Shown: in pieces, positions 41,486 through 48,998 of the stretch
Layout of the letters: the number at the start of each line of letters is the position of its first letter
How positions within the stretch are numbered: the first letter of the stretch is position 1
NCBI GenBank assembly: GCA_009839835.1
Contig: VXOY01000005.1
Location: 1-48,998, forward strand
From: Candidatus Spechtbacteria bacterium SB0662_bin_43
Lineage (GTDB): Bacteria; Patescibacteriota; Minisyncoccia; Spechtbacterales; 2-12-FULL-38-22
Direction of reading: 5' to 3'
DNA length: 48,998 nt
Notes under the pieces: generated by a model
The model's database searches: none
Seen by the model: only the letters and a program-made list of their open reading frames with translations
Told to the model about the DNA's origin: nothing
Translations under genes and position numbers: made by a program

Positions 41486-42267
41486 AGTGAAAGAGGTTTT
41501 TTATGAAGAAAAGTAGTGATATGCTCTGCTAATAGTGCAGGGCATTCTCGTTGCAAAGAATGACCTTTGTCTTTGCATACTATCAAGGTACTGTTCGCAA
41601 GCAATGTGTCTGCAAGGCGCGCGTCTTTCAAAGGTGTTGCAGAATCTTTATCCCCCCACAATAACAGAACAGGAATTGTGATTTGACGTAGGTAGTGTTG
41701 CAATGGTTTTTCAATAACACGGCTCATCACTACACGCATTGTTTCAGATGCAGTGTAGTAATCTTTAACACCAATGAGGGCATACAATCCTTTCCTGCAA
41801 TACTCGCGAAACCGTGAGAGGAAAGGGATGGAAAAAATACGATTGCCTGCTTTACTTATAATAAAAAAAATCCGTACCCTTTTTTTACGGTGTCGTTGAA
41901 TACCTGCTGCCCCACATAAAATAAGAACATCCAGCGAATCCTGATATAGGGACGCATACTCTATCGCAACCCTTCCTCCAAAAGAATGACCCACAAGCAC
42001 AGCGCGAGGAATATCTAATGATACAACAAGATTGCGGACTAATGCAACATATTCGGTCAAACTCCAGTCACGCGGAGGTTCAGGAGAGAGTCCAAAGCCT
42101 GGTAGGTCGGGAACTATCACGCGATACCCCTGTTGCGATAAGAGCTGGGCAACATCTTGCCAGCCTTCAGAAGAAGAACCCCATCCATGCAAAACAAGAA
42201 GAGGTACCCCCTTATCTCCGTACAGCGACACTGCAATGCGCACGCCATCAATCGTATAAAATTCCAT
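41482..42267 (-). CDS. alpha/beta-fold hydrolase
   Basis: LLVLHGWGSS and GHSFGG (nucleophile elbow), plus a C-terminal His block (KGHSLQ). The start was set at the Met at 42267. Overlaps the murF start by 4 nt. Confidence 0.75.
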   Translation of the reverse strand: MEFYTIDGVRIAVSLYGDKGVPLLVLHGWGSSSEGWQDVAQLLSQQGYRVIVPDLPGFGLSPEPPRDWSLTEYVALVRNLVVSLDIPRAVLVGHSFGGRVAIEYASLYQDSLDVLILCGAAGIQRHRKKRVRIFFIISKAGNRIFSIPFLSRFREYCRKGLYALIGVKDYYTASETMRVVMSRVIEKPLQHYLRQITIPVLLLWGDKDSATPLKDARLADTLLANSTLIVCKDKGHSLQRECPALLAEHITTFLHKKPLSL

Positions 42268-42326
42268 ACAGTATAGTATTTCTCTATAGTATATTTTTTT
42301 ATTGTTTTTTTCAAGACAACAGTGGC

Positions 42327-42881
42327 TTATTCGTGCCTCCACGGCGTATCGTTCACGCCGTTTTCATGATTTGAGTATCGCGCGAGCGTAAAAAATACAT
42401 CCGATAAACGATTGATGTAGGATAAAACAGTAGTATCTACTGGTTGTTTTTGTGATAATTCAACGCAATGCCTCTCTGCCTGCCGCGTCAAAGCGCGGCA
42501 CATGTGAAGCACTGCTGCTGTTTGTGTGCCTGTGGGAACAATAAAGGCATTGAGGGGCGGTAAATCTTTCTCGTAGGTTACAATGCACTGCTCAGCATAC
42601 TCAAGGTACTCCTTTTTAAAAACAGGGATACGCTCATCGTCTTCATACCCTTCTTCAATACCAAGACGAGACAATGCAACAAAAAGGTGATTTTGTATTG
42701 TTTGGAGTACAGATTCTATTTCACTGTTATCGTTCGTTGTTCGCGCAAACCCAATCAGAGCATTGAGCTCGTCCAACGAACCTAAAGTGTGGAATCGAGC
42801 ACTGTGCTTCAAAACTTTTTTTCCACTACCAAAAAGAGAGGTTTCACCTTGATCTCCTTGTCCTATACGTGGTTTGGGCAT
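42327..42881 (-). CDS. ATP:cob(I)alamin adenosyltransferase, PduO/MMAB type
   Basis: GDQGETSL...K.....F...G.LDELN..IG plus the helical-bundle remainder. Confidence 0.8.
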   Translation of the reverse strand: MPKPRIGQGDQGETSLFGSGKKVLKHSARFHTLGSLDELNALIGFARTTNDNSEIESVLQTIQNHLFVALSRLGIEEGYEDDERIPVFKKEYLEYAEQCIVTYEKDLPPLNAFIVPTGTQTAAVLHMCRALTRQAERHCVELSQKQPVDTTVLSYINRLSDVFFTLARYSNHENGVNDTPWRHE

Positions 42882-42938
42882 AGATATTTGAATGAATTGA
42901 TAATCAATATTTTGTAGTCGTACAGTCGTTCTATTGGG

Positions 42939-43037
42939 CTAAACAGGATTTTACTTTTTTATGCATACACTGCCAGCACTGTACATAAAATTGTCTTTAT
43001 ACACGAAATGGGCATAAAAAAGTAAAATCCTGTTTAG
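42939..43037. repeat. long palindromic intergenic element (26-nt perfect arms, 47-nt spacer)
   Basis: ctaaacaggattttacttttttatgc (42939-42964) is the exact reverse complement of 43012-43037. The arm sequence is related to the element at 15376. Confidence 0.9.
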
Positions 43038-43049
43038 TCAATCCACACA

Positions 43050-43484
43050 TTAAACATACACGTTTTGTGGGAAATTTTTGACCACTTTTCCTATAAAATG
43101 AGATTGCTGCACAAACCCAAAATGACGGCTATCTGTACTGGTGTATAAATTGTCGCCAGCAACAAAATAGCACTGTTCGGGAATGCGCCACTCGTATCTC
43201 TGTTTTTGAGACACAGCTTCAGGCATATGCTTCTTCTGTGGAACATCGTCCACTGTAAAGATAGTTCCATCCAAACAAAGATGCGACCCTGGTGCAGCAA
43301 CAATTCTCTTCAATAAAATACGTTTTGTGTATGGGTGGTACAACACAACAACATCTCCAGTCGTAGGAGCACGAAAAAGATACGATGTACGATTCACTAA
43401 CACTGTGTCGCGCGGAGAAAATGTTGGTAGCATACTCCTACCCGCGACCTTCATCGTAAAAAATGGAATATGTTCACGCAACAT
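43050..43484 (-). CDS. sodX: S26-family signal-peptidase-like protease (SodX-type Ni-SOD maturation protease candidate)
   Basis: GRSMLPTF and GDN...S.DSRHFG. Immediately downstream of sodN. Confidence 0.65.
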   Translation of the reverse strand: MLREHIPFFTMKVAGRSMLPTFSPRDTVLVNRTSYLFRAPTTGDVVVLYHPYTKRILLKRIVAAPGSHLCLDGTIFTVDDVPQKKHMPEAVSQKQRYEWRIPEQCYFVAGDNLYTSTDSRHFGFVQQSHFIGKVVKNFPQNVYV

Positions 43485-43504
43485 ACCAAAATACTACTCG
43501 ATCT

Positions 43505-43921
43505 CTACGAGCTCTGCACTGCTTGGAAAAGCGCATCTACCTCTTCTACTGCTGTGCGTAAATCCTTTGCTAACTCTGTGTTGACTTCCCGCTTATTGCT
43601 TGAGCACAGCTTCACCGCCTTCCATAACACAGTGTGGAGATTAGGGTTGCTTTGTAAATGTTCTTCTTTGAAAAAATCAGCCCACAAGATACAAAGTTCG
43701 TCTTTGCATATTTGCGCCCAACGTTCTTTTGTTGCAGCATATCGCGCAATCGCGTGAGCATCGTCGTTCGCTTGCTGGATTTTCTCAACCATCACCTCAA
43801 CAGTACGCGCCGCTGTTATGGCTTGTTCTGTTGTGTAAATACCACACGGAATGTCGCAGTGCGCAAACACAACTCCTCTTCCTATGATTGCGTGTAAGCA
43901 ACGAACAAAAAAATATTTCAT
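43505..43921 (-). CDS. sodN: nickel superoxide dismutase precursor
   Basis: A 20-aa leader is followed by HCDIPCGIY (the Ni-hook HCDxPCGxY). The rest is of four-helix-bundle size. Confidence 0.85.
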   Translation of the reverse strand: MKYFFVRCLHAIIGRGVVFAHCDIPCGIYTTEQAITAARTVEVMVEKIQQANDDAHAIARYAATKERWAQICKDELCILWADFFKEEHLQSNPNLHTVLWKAVKLCSSNKREVNTELAKDLRTAVEEVDALFQAVQSS

Positions 43922-43929
43922 ACTTTTAT

Positions 43930-44163
43930 TTATGCAGATGCACCAAGCGCCTGTGTAATGGCACCCTTGTCAAAACCAACGATAATCGTTCCATCTATAT
44001 CAATAACAGGAACACCCATCTGGTGCGTCTTATTGAGCATTTCGTCTCGTGCTGCCTCATCGGTCTCTACATTTTTCTCTGTGTACTCAACATTATTCTT
44101 CTGAAAAAACTCCTTTGCCTCGTGGCAAAAGTGACAGCTTGAAGTTGTGTAAATAGTAACCAT
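43930..44163 (-). CDS. glutaredoxin-like protein (NrdH/YruB type)
   Basis: 77 aa with the CHFC active site and VPVI...G motif. Confidence 0.75.
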   Translation of the reverse strand: MVTIYTTSSCHFCHEAKEFFQKNNVEYTEKNVETDEAARDEMLNKTHQMGVPVIDIDGTIIVGFDKGAITQALGASA

Positions 44164-44628
44164 AGAATTGTGTGCCCTCTCATCACCTCGTACGCTAACA
44201 AAATAAAGAGAGGATATTTAATTGATAACACTCTTTACCATACTATCATACCTATAGCCCTGATACAAAATATAGTTGCCACAGATCGACAACCGAAACA
44301 ACAACGTATTCACCACTTATAGCGTTATAGTTATCAGCCTTGTTATATTATAGTACCTCGCTGATTAAGACAGACAAACGGATATCCATTTCTTGGTGGT
44401 CGGTGTCGTTTTGGTTGGTTATAAATAGAAGAATGATTATAAAAAAGAGTACGAAAATAATACTGGCTGCAAGAAAAAGCGGAGTGTGGTTTTTTGGCTT
44501 TCGTCTCAATAGTGGTACAGGTATCATAAAGTGAGATAACTATAATGAGAAGAACACCTCTATTGTACCATACGGTACGAATATGATACGATAACACTAT
44601 CACATATCTTACGTAACGACACGAACCT

Positions 44629-45081
44629 ATGGCAAAAATGACGCGAGAAGGATATAACCAGCTCAAACAAGAGCTTGAAAAACTGGAGAACGAAGACCGT
44701 CCTCGCATAGCAAAAATACTCAAGGACGCAATCGCACAAGGCGATTTATCAGAAAACTTTGCGTACCAAGACGGAAAAGAACGACAAACAAATGTAGAGG
44801 CACGTATAGCAGTCATCAAAGACGAACTCAAAAACGCAGAGATAGAAGAAAAAACATCATCAGGTATTGTGCAACTTGGATCAAAAATTGTTGTAAAAAG
44901 CGAAGATGGGTTAGAAAAAATATTCACCATAACAGGACGAGAAGAAATCAACCCCATGCAAGGCAAAATATCGTACGACTCACCGCTCGGAGAGGCGTTC
45001 CTTGACTGTGCTCCAGGTGACACTGTTGAAGTAACCACCCCATCAGGCATCAAAACCTATACGATTCTTTCTATTACATAA
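44629..45081 (+). CDS. greA: transcription elongation factor GreA
   Basis: T.EGY..L..EL..L...RP.I...I..A...GDLSEN..Y...KE.Q plus the C-terminal FKBP-like domain. Confidence 0.9.
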   Translation: MAKMTREGYNQLKQELEKLENEDRPRIAKILKDAIAQGDLSENFAYQDGKERQTNVEARIAVIKDELKNAEIEEKTSSGIVQLGSKIVVKSEDGLEKIFTITGREEINPMQGKISYDSPLGEAFLDCAPGDTVEVTTPSGIKTYTILSIT

Positions 45082-45209
45082 CCCCCCTCTCCTTTCACTG
45101 CTCATTACTTCGGCAACGCTCTTGCCAAGGAGTTATCCTATATAAAGCATAGAAAAAGGAGTATATACTCCTTTTTCTTGTGTTGCAATGATTGAGAAAA
45201 AGTGTACGT

Positions 45210-45869
45210 TTATGAACACAGTATTGTCTGTGGGCAGTAGCACGCACCCCATAGCCCGCGTACCCAGTGCCGCGCATAGTACTCTGCCAGACGAAAGTGA
45301 GGTCGCAACTGATACGGGTATGGGTTTTGATAGTGCGTGTACTCATACGCATACCCATCATACACCAACGAAAAATTGACATTCACCCACTCCTCTTCTT
45401 GATAAACATACACGTAACGCAACAATCTATCGTATATATCAACATCACCTTGTGATGCATCGCTCACCAAAAAAACAGAATCGTGCTCCTGCAACATATA
45501 CTCCAATCTCTCCTTTGCCTCTGGGCCAAAACACTCATCTTCAAAGCGATATAGATTTGCTATCTCAGGAGTATTAATACCGATAAGCCGTACAGATTGC
45601 ACAGTATCACCAACCATAACATCTATTGTGTCGCCATCAACCACATCCACGATAGTGTGCCAGCCAGCTGACGCTGTGTCAGGTACTGTTATGCTCTGTT
45701 GTTTTGCGTGCTGAAGTTCAGAGAAAACAGGTGCAGACTGCTCTTTGTGCTGTTTCAAAAGAACACTATCATTGCTTGAAGATACAGCACCTCTCATGAG
45801 AAGTGGCAACACAAAAATCGTGCCAAATGACAAAAAAACGCACGATGCAATGAGAGTACTGGTTCGCAT
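45210..45869 (-). CDS. thermonuclease (SNase-like) family protein, secreted
   Basis: Signal peptide plus VVDGDTIDV...VRLIGINTPE...D.YDRLLRYV. Confidence 0.8.
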   Translation of the reverse strand: MRTSTLIASCVFLSFGTIFVLPLLMRGAVSSSNDSVLLKQHKEQSAPVFSELQHAKQQSITVPDTASAGWHTIVDVVDGDTIDVMVGDTVQSVRLIGINTPEIANLYRFEDECFGPEAKERLEYMLQEHDSVFLVSDASQGDVDIYDRLLRYVYVYQEEEWVNVNFSLVYDGYAYEYTHYQNPYPYQLRPHFRLAEYYARHWVRGLWGACYCPQTILCS

Positions 45870-45982
45870 TCCTGTACTATATCACAGAAGGAGCACGAAC
45901 AAAAATAATGCTATTCTTTTATATAATCCCTCTTCCTTTTTTTCTTATCCACATTGCGCTAAAAACCTTGCTCTTTTAACCC

Positions 45983-46012
45983 TTGAATACCGTTACAAAG
46001 AAATAGTATACT
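45983..46012 (+). promoter_or_regulatory. promoter TTGAAT-18-TATACT
   Basis: Hexamers at 45983-88 and 46007-12. A TTATCCACA box lies at 45945-53. Confidence 0.4.
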
Positions 46013-46059
46013 ATACATAGCAGGAATGAAAAATCTCCCTGCATAGAAAGGAGATATCG

Positions 46060-46137
46060 ATGTTCAACCTGCCCACGAAAGAGATGTCTGTTGGCATCAT
46101 CATCCTTGGCATTATCCTCTTCATTCTGGTTGGCTAA
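46060..46137 (+). CDS. 25-aa hydrophobic peptide MFNLPTKEMSVGIIILGIILFILVG
   Basis: AAAGGAG lies 6 nt upstream of the ATG. Own promoter and terminator. Too short for the ORF track. Confidence 0.45.
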   Translation: MFNLPTKEMSVGIIILGIILFILVG

Positions 46138-46208
46138 GAATCCTGTCTGTGCCAACAACAGCAAGAGTGCCACGTATCAAAATAGAACTCTCCTTCTCTC
46201 ATTCCTCT

Positions 46209-46245
46209 CCCCCTATGTTGCGACATACGGGGGCTTTTGTTTTTA
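46209..46245 (+). terminator. intrinsic terminator
   Basis: Stem CCCCCUAUG/CAUA(C)GGGGG followed by CUUUUGUUUUU. Confidence 0.65.
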
Positions 46246-46335
46246 CACTAATCCTCCATAGCAACCCAAACAAAAACCCCTGCCCTGCTTGATGTTCTTC
46301 ACCAAACAAGACAGGGGTGGATGGGATGCGGGCGC

Positions 46336-47562
46336 TTACACAACCCGCTTCAACCCTGCTACGTCGTCCAGGGAGCCCAGTGACACAACAGTGCTAATCT
46401 GAGAAGGAGCGTATCGCCTGAGCAACGTGGCAGCGTCAACAGGATCGACACTCACGATGTCGTCTCCTGAAATCTGCTTATGCCCAAACGGAGCGTAGTT
46501 GATCGCAGGACGGACATCGATGTACCACGGCACAGGAATGTCGTAGATACCTATCGCTGGCAGGCGAAACAGAATGTTGTATGGAGGGTCGTCGAGCGCC
46601 AACCGCAAACACCGCATCGCAACTACCAGGGCATCAGCGAGTTGTGCTAACACCTCTTCACCCCTCATCTCCCGCAAGAAGATGCCTTGGTCAGAAACAG
46701 GGAGATAACGAGGCAGAATCTGCATCTCGTAATCCACCTCTGGAGTAAAGGGACACGACACTTGCCACGAGCCGTTTTCGTACACCACCTGCTTATGTTT
46801 GCGAGCAGAGGCACACAAATCCTCAGTGAGAAACTTCCCGTGCGGCTTGTAGCCAAGATTCATACTCTGTGCCAAATGCTCTGCTTCCTCTTGGTCGCGT
46901 CCAGTGGTTAGCAGGTAGTAAGACGTTACTCGATCCATCCGATGTGCCACCTCCAGAGGAACGTGTTGTGTGGCGTACATCTGGATGTGCGGATGGGGAA
47001 TCGTCTCCCCTGCTTGAGAACCGTAGTTCTGAAAGATCGAGAAGTGGCAGATGCTGGGATCCTGCTCGAGGATGTCATTAGCTCGTTCTGCCAACGCTCG
47101 AAGAGTCAACCACGCTTCACCTAGGGAGAAGTCCGCGAACGTATACGTGGGATAGTCCCAAATCAACAGATCTTGGAACCCGATGCCGACTTCTGTCCTG
47201 TACCCTTCAAGGAATTCCCCTCCCTCAACAGGAGAGGGAATCTCGTCAAACGCGTGACTCAGAGATGGGTACAGGTTCGGCAGAACCATCAATCGCCACT
47301 CATCTGTCTCCGAGTCCACGTACTTCAACACCGGAACCTCGCCCCTGGACTCAGGATCGGCGAAAACATCGCCCTTTTCAGGATGGACCTCGGGGTGCAA
47401 GGCGCGAACCGTCTTCGGGGCACCGCGGTTCTGTCGCGCAGGCGAGATGTACACCTTCCGCCCTGTGAATGGGTTCGTCCGAGTAGTCGGATAAGGAAGA
47501 GCCATTGTAGAACCTTTCCAGGTTGCAGAATACAGATCGTCTTCAAATCTGTATGTAATCAC
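46336..47562 (-). CDS. galactose-1-phosphate uridylyltransferase-like (GalT / HIT-superfamily nucleotidyltransferase)
   Basis: FQNYGSQAGETIPHPHIQMYA carries the HxHxQ active-site signature. Two-half GalT architecture. The start is uncertain (alternative Met at 47505). G+C is markedly higher than in the flanks. Confidence 0.65.
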   Translation of the reverse strand: MITYRFEDDLYSATWKGSTMALPYPTTRTNPFTGRKVYISPARQNRGAPKTVRALHPEVHPEKGDVFADPESRGEVPVLKYVDSETDEWRLMVLPNLYPSLSHAFDEIPSPVEGGEFLEGYRTEVGIGFQDLLIWDYPTYTFADFSLGEAWLTLRALAERANDILEQDPSICHFSIFQNYGSQAGETIPHPHIQMYATQHVPLEVAHRMDRVTSYYLLTTGRDQEEAEHLAQSMNLGYKPHGKFLTEDLCASARKHKQVVYENGSWQVSCPFTPEVDYEMQILPRYLPVSDQGIFLREMRGEEVLAQLADALVVAMRCLRLALDDPPYNILFRLPAIGIYDIPVPWYIDVRPAINYAPFGHKQISGDDIVSVDPVDAATLLRRYAPSQISTVVSLGSLDDVAGLKRVV

Positions 47563-47711
47563 ACCATAACACGAAACAAAATTAAATCAATTTCTTGTTG
47601 TAAATCCCCCAACCCTTTTGCAACCAAGCCAGACAGACGCAATACTATTGCTTCACAGATGTATTAAGTAAACAAAGTCCACCCCGTAGAGTAGTGGTAA
47701 AATGTCTTTAT

Positions 47712-47752
47712 TCAACCAAAAACAAAACAACCCACAAGGTGTGGGTTGTTTT
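47712..47752 (-). terminator. intrinsic terminator
   Basis: 12-bp stem AAAACAACCCAC/GTGGGTTGTTTT, followed on the minus strand by GUUUUUGG. Confidence 0.65.
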
Positions 47753-47801
47753 GTATGATGTACGCTTTTATACTATCAATCTATTGTTGATGTGTCAATC
47801 C

Positions 47802-48998
47802 TCAAGAGTTAGGTGTATATATGCGTAGTCCATCAGTGGAACAACCGTTAGTGTATGTGTACTTATGTAATCTGCGGTCTTTGGTTGTGTCGCTATACAC
47901 CCAACGGCATCTATTGGTGCATTGCGCCCGCCTGCACCTGTTGTTATCCCACCATACGCATTCCTTTGTTGGCTCACCCTCACACTCCCTCCTAACTCTT
48001 GTGATTGGAGCACTCACACAATTTCCATTCTCACATTTCTCATTGCTTCCACAACTCCCTATTGTTGTGTGTTCCTCTCTTGGTTGTTTAATAACATATC
48101 GTACTGAACCTCTTGGGAGGTTTTCAGCTTCACCGTTATTATTCAATCCCCAACAGGTACCACTACAAAGGTTAGAGCCCGATGCAGAACTACATACTTG
48201 TTTTGTTGTTTGTTCTTGGAGGTATTTCTTTGTATCACCTTCAAGACAGGTTCTTTTTGTTATATCTTCTGCATCCCTCCACGCACATACTCCTTGTGGT
48301 TCTATACATCGTCTTACGTCGGGGGTACATATCTGGTTGTTGCTACACTCCATATTGTTTGTTCTACCGTGCCCGAATGGTGTGGGACGCTCACCTGCAT
48401 TCCACCATAGATTATTCCAATAACAACGCCCTTGACAATCGGTAGTACCTTCATACTGACACCGCAACGCACGGTCAAAATCGCCAATGGTGTTAGGGAT
48501 GGTGATAGTTGATGTTTCTCTGTTTTCTCCGACATTAGAACAAGACCATTCGGGGCTGGTGCTAACACCATATCTTGAAGTATATTCCCACCTACAAGCA
48601 GGTATATCTACACACCTTCTGCTATCTGCGACACATTGTTGGGTTGTGGTACAGGTTTTGACATTCTCGTGCAACCTGTCGCCTATTACGCGGCTATATC
48701 CCAAACTACGAATCCCACAACTATCACATTCACAAACAGTCAATGCAACGGGAGATTCAGTTGATATGTTGCTATTACAAGAATACGTAGAGTCAAGATT
48801 AGGAAGTCGTATGCTTGATAGGGTGCAAGATGCACCCTTACTAACGATATTGGTACAATCGTATTCAACTCCATAAGGATTGAGTAATGTTTTTGGTACG
48901 GTGCTTACCGTACATTGAGAGGGAACATTCTGTTGTTGAGGAGTTTGTTGTTGTACTCCTTGTTGATTATTCTGTGGTACTCCTTGCTGAACGGGTGG
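47802..48998 (-). CDS. Cys-rich secreted protein, 5' end outside window
   Basis: The reading frame stays open from 48743 up to nt 48998 (translated by hand as PPVQQGVPQNNQQGVQQQTPQQQNVPSQC...). More than 40 Cys residues and repeated C-x4-5-C-x5-6-C-x4-6-C-x-W modules. Confidence 0.5.
   Translation of the reverse strand, partial: PPVQQGVPQNNQQGVQQQTPQQQNVPSQCTVSTVPKTLLNPYGVEYDCTNIVSKGASCTLSSIRLPNLDSTYSCNSNISTESPVALTVCECDSCGIRSLGYSRVIGDRLHENVKTCTTTQQCVADSRRCVDIPACRWEYTSRYGVSTSPEWSCSNVGENRETSTITIPNTIGDFDRALRCQYEGTTDCQGRCYWNNLWWNAGERPTPFGHGRTNNMECSNNQICTPDVRRCIEPQGVCAWRDAEDITKRTCLEGDTKKYLQEQTTKQVCSSASGSNLCSGTCWGLNNNGEAENLPRGSVRYVIKQPREEHTTIGSCGSNEKCENGNCVSAPITRVRRECEGEPTKECVWWDNNRCRRAQCTNRCRWVYSDTTKDRRLHKYTYTNGCSTDGLRIYTPNS

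Noticed and set aside
8597-43037. Palindromic elements as integron attC sites
   Set aside because: There are no GTTRRRY/RYYYAAC core sites at the arm ends, no extrahelical-base asymmetry and no integron integrase in the window.
44343-45053. 236-aa minus-strand ORF opposite greA, and similar long antisense ORFs (34002-34547, 10216-10707, 23248-23493, 38531-38998, 47821-48423)
   Set aside because: Each lies antisense to, or overlaps, a gene with clear family motifs. Each has a low-complexity or Cys/Ser/Arg-rich composition typical of shadow ORFs.
1-48998. Alternative genetic code (UGA recoding as in some CPR lineages)
   Set aside because: All recognisable homologues are full length without reading through TGA. 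TGA also appears to terminate at least two ORFs (FemAB-like at 37446, and the Calx-beta protein at 29547-49, which is followed by an in-frame TAA). The standard table 11 fits.
1-48998. CRISPR arrays, rRNA genes, IS elements, integrases and prophage modules
   Set aside because: I found no regularly spaced direct repeats, no rRNA-like conserved strings, and no transposase, integrase or capsid-like ORFs on either strand.

Overview
This is a 49-kb, gene-dense bacterial chromosome segment of roughly 40% G+C (hand-estimated). It reads cleanly with the standard code (table 11). The gene style fits a Patescibacteria/CPR-like or similarly reduced bacterium: compact core genes, MurF fused to a membrane domain, FemAB, and many tiny membrane or secreted proteins. 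Lineage cannot be proven from this sequence alone. Contents from left to right:
- a MazF-like toxin fragment and an NYN-domain gene
- a 1.3-kb non-coding stretch holding an orphan sRNA-like unit, followed by a small zinc-ribbon gene
- a TAXI-type binding protein
- rmlA/C/B and rmlD dTDP-rhamnose genes
- a P-type cation ATPase, rarA, ppa and a lysozyme-like gene
- tRNA-Gln, an ftsQ-like gene, serS and a PD-(D/E)XK nuclease
- the mraZ-rsmH-ftsL-ftsI block
- priA-def-fmt-tRNA-Glu
- an accessory stretch with surface/secreted proteins (Calx-beta/FN3, MORN-like, Cys-rich), a MacB-type ABC exporter, a restriction-enzyme remnant, a PQQ sugar dehydrogenase and an SDH/Clp-fold protease
- femAB-degT-murF, an alpha/beta hydrolase and a PduO-type adenosyltransferase
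- sodX-sodN-glutaredoxin, greA and a thermonuclease
- a G+C-rich GalT-like gene and a Cys-rich secreted protein that runs off the right edge

I saw no CRISPR array, transposase, integrase or rRNA. The most noteworthy structure not explained by ordinary annotation is:
1. A perfect 220-bp inverted-repeat pair (18980-19199 / 27673-27892) brackets 8.47 kb of core division and translation genes. Each copy is a self-contained promoter + structured RNA + hydrophobic mini-ORF unit.
2. A same-orientation cluster of TTATCCACA (DnaA-box) motifs lies upstream of mraZ, about 0.8 kb from a gene-strand switch, and is a candidate oriC. The same 9-mer also sits exactly 9 nt upstream of two strong promoters elsewhere.
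3. (TA)7 tracts sit just after the ATG of two surface-protein genes, each one repeat unit out of frame. A (TA)5 tract sits in a third promoter spacer. Together these suggest phase variation.
4. A family of palindromic intergenic elements has 26-28-bp arms and 47-48-nt spacers.
5. Several orphan structured RNAs run from a promoter to a terminator. One has a 17-bp closing helix, a multi-helix core and pseudoknot potential.

All functional calls rest on motif recognition from memory and need HMM/BLAST confirmation.
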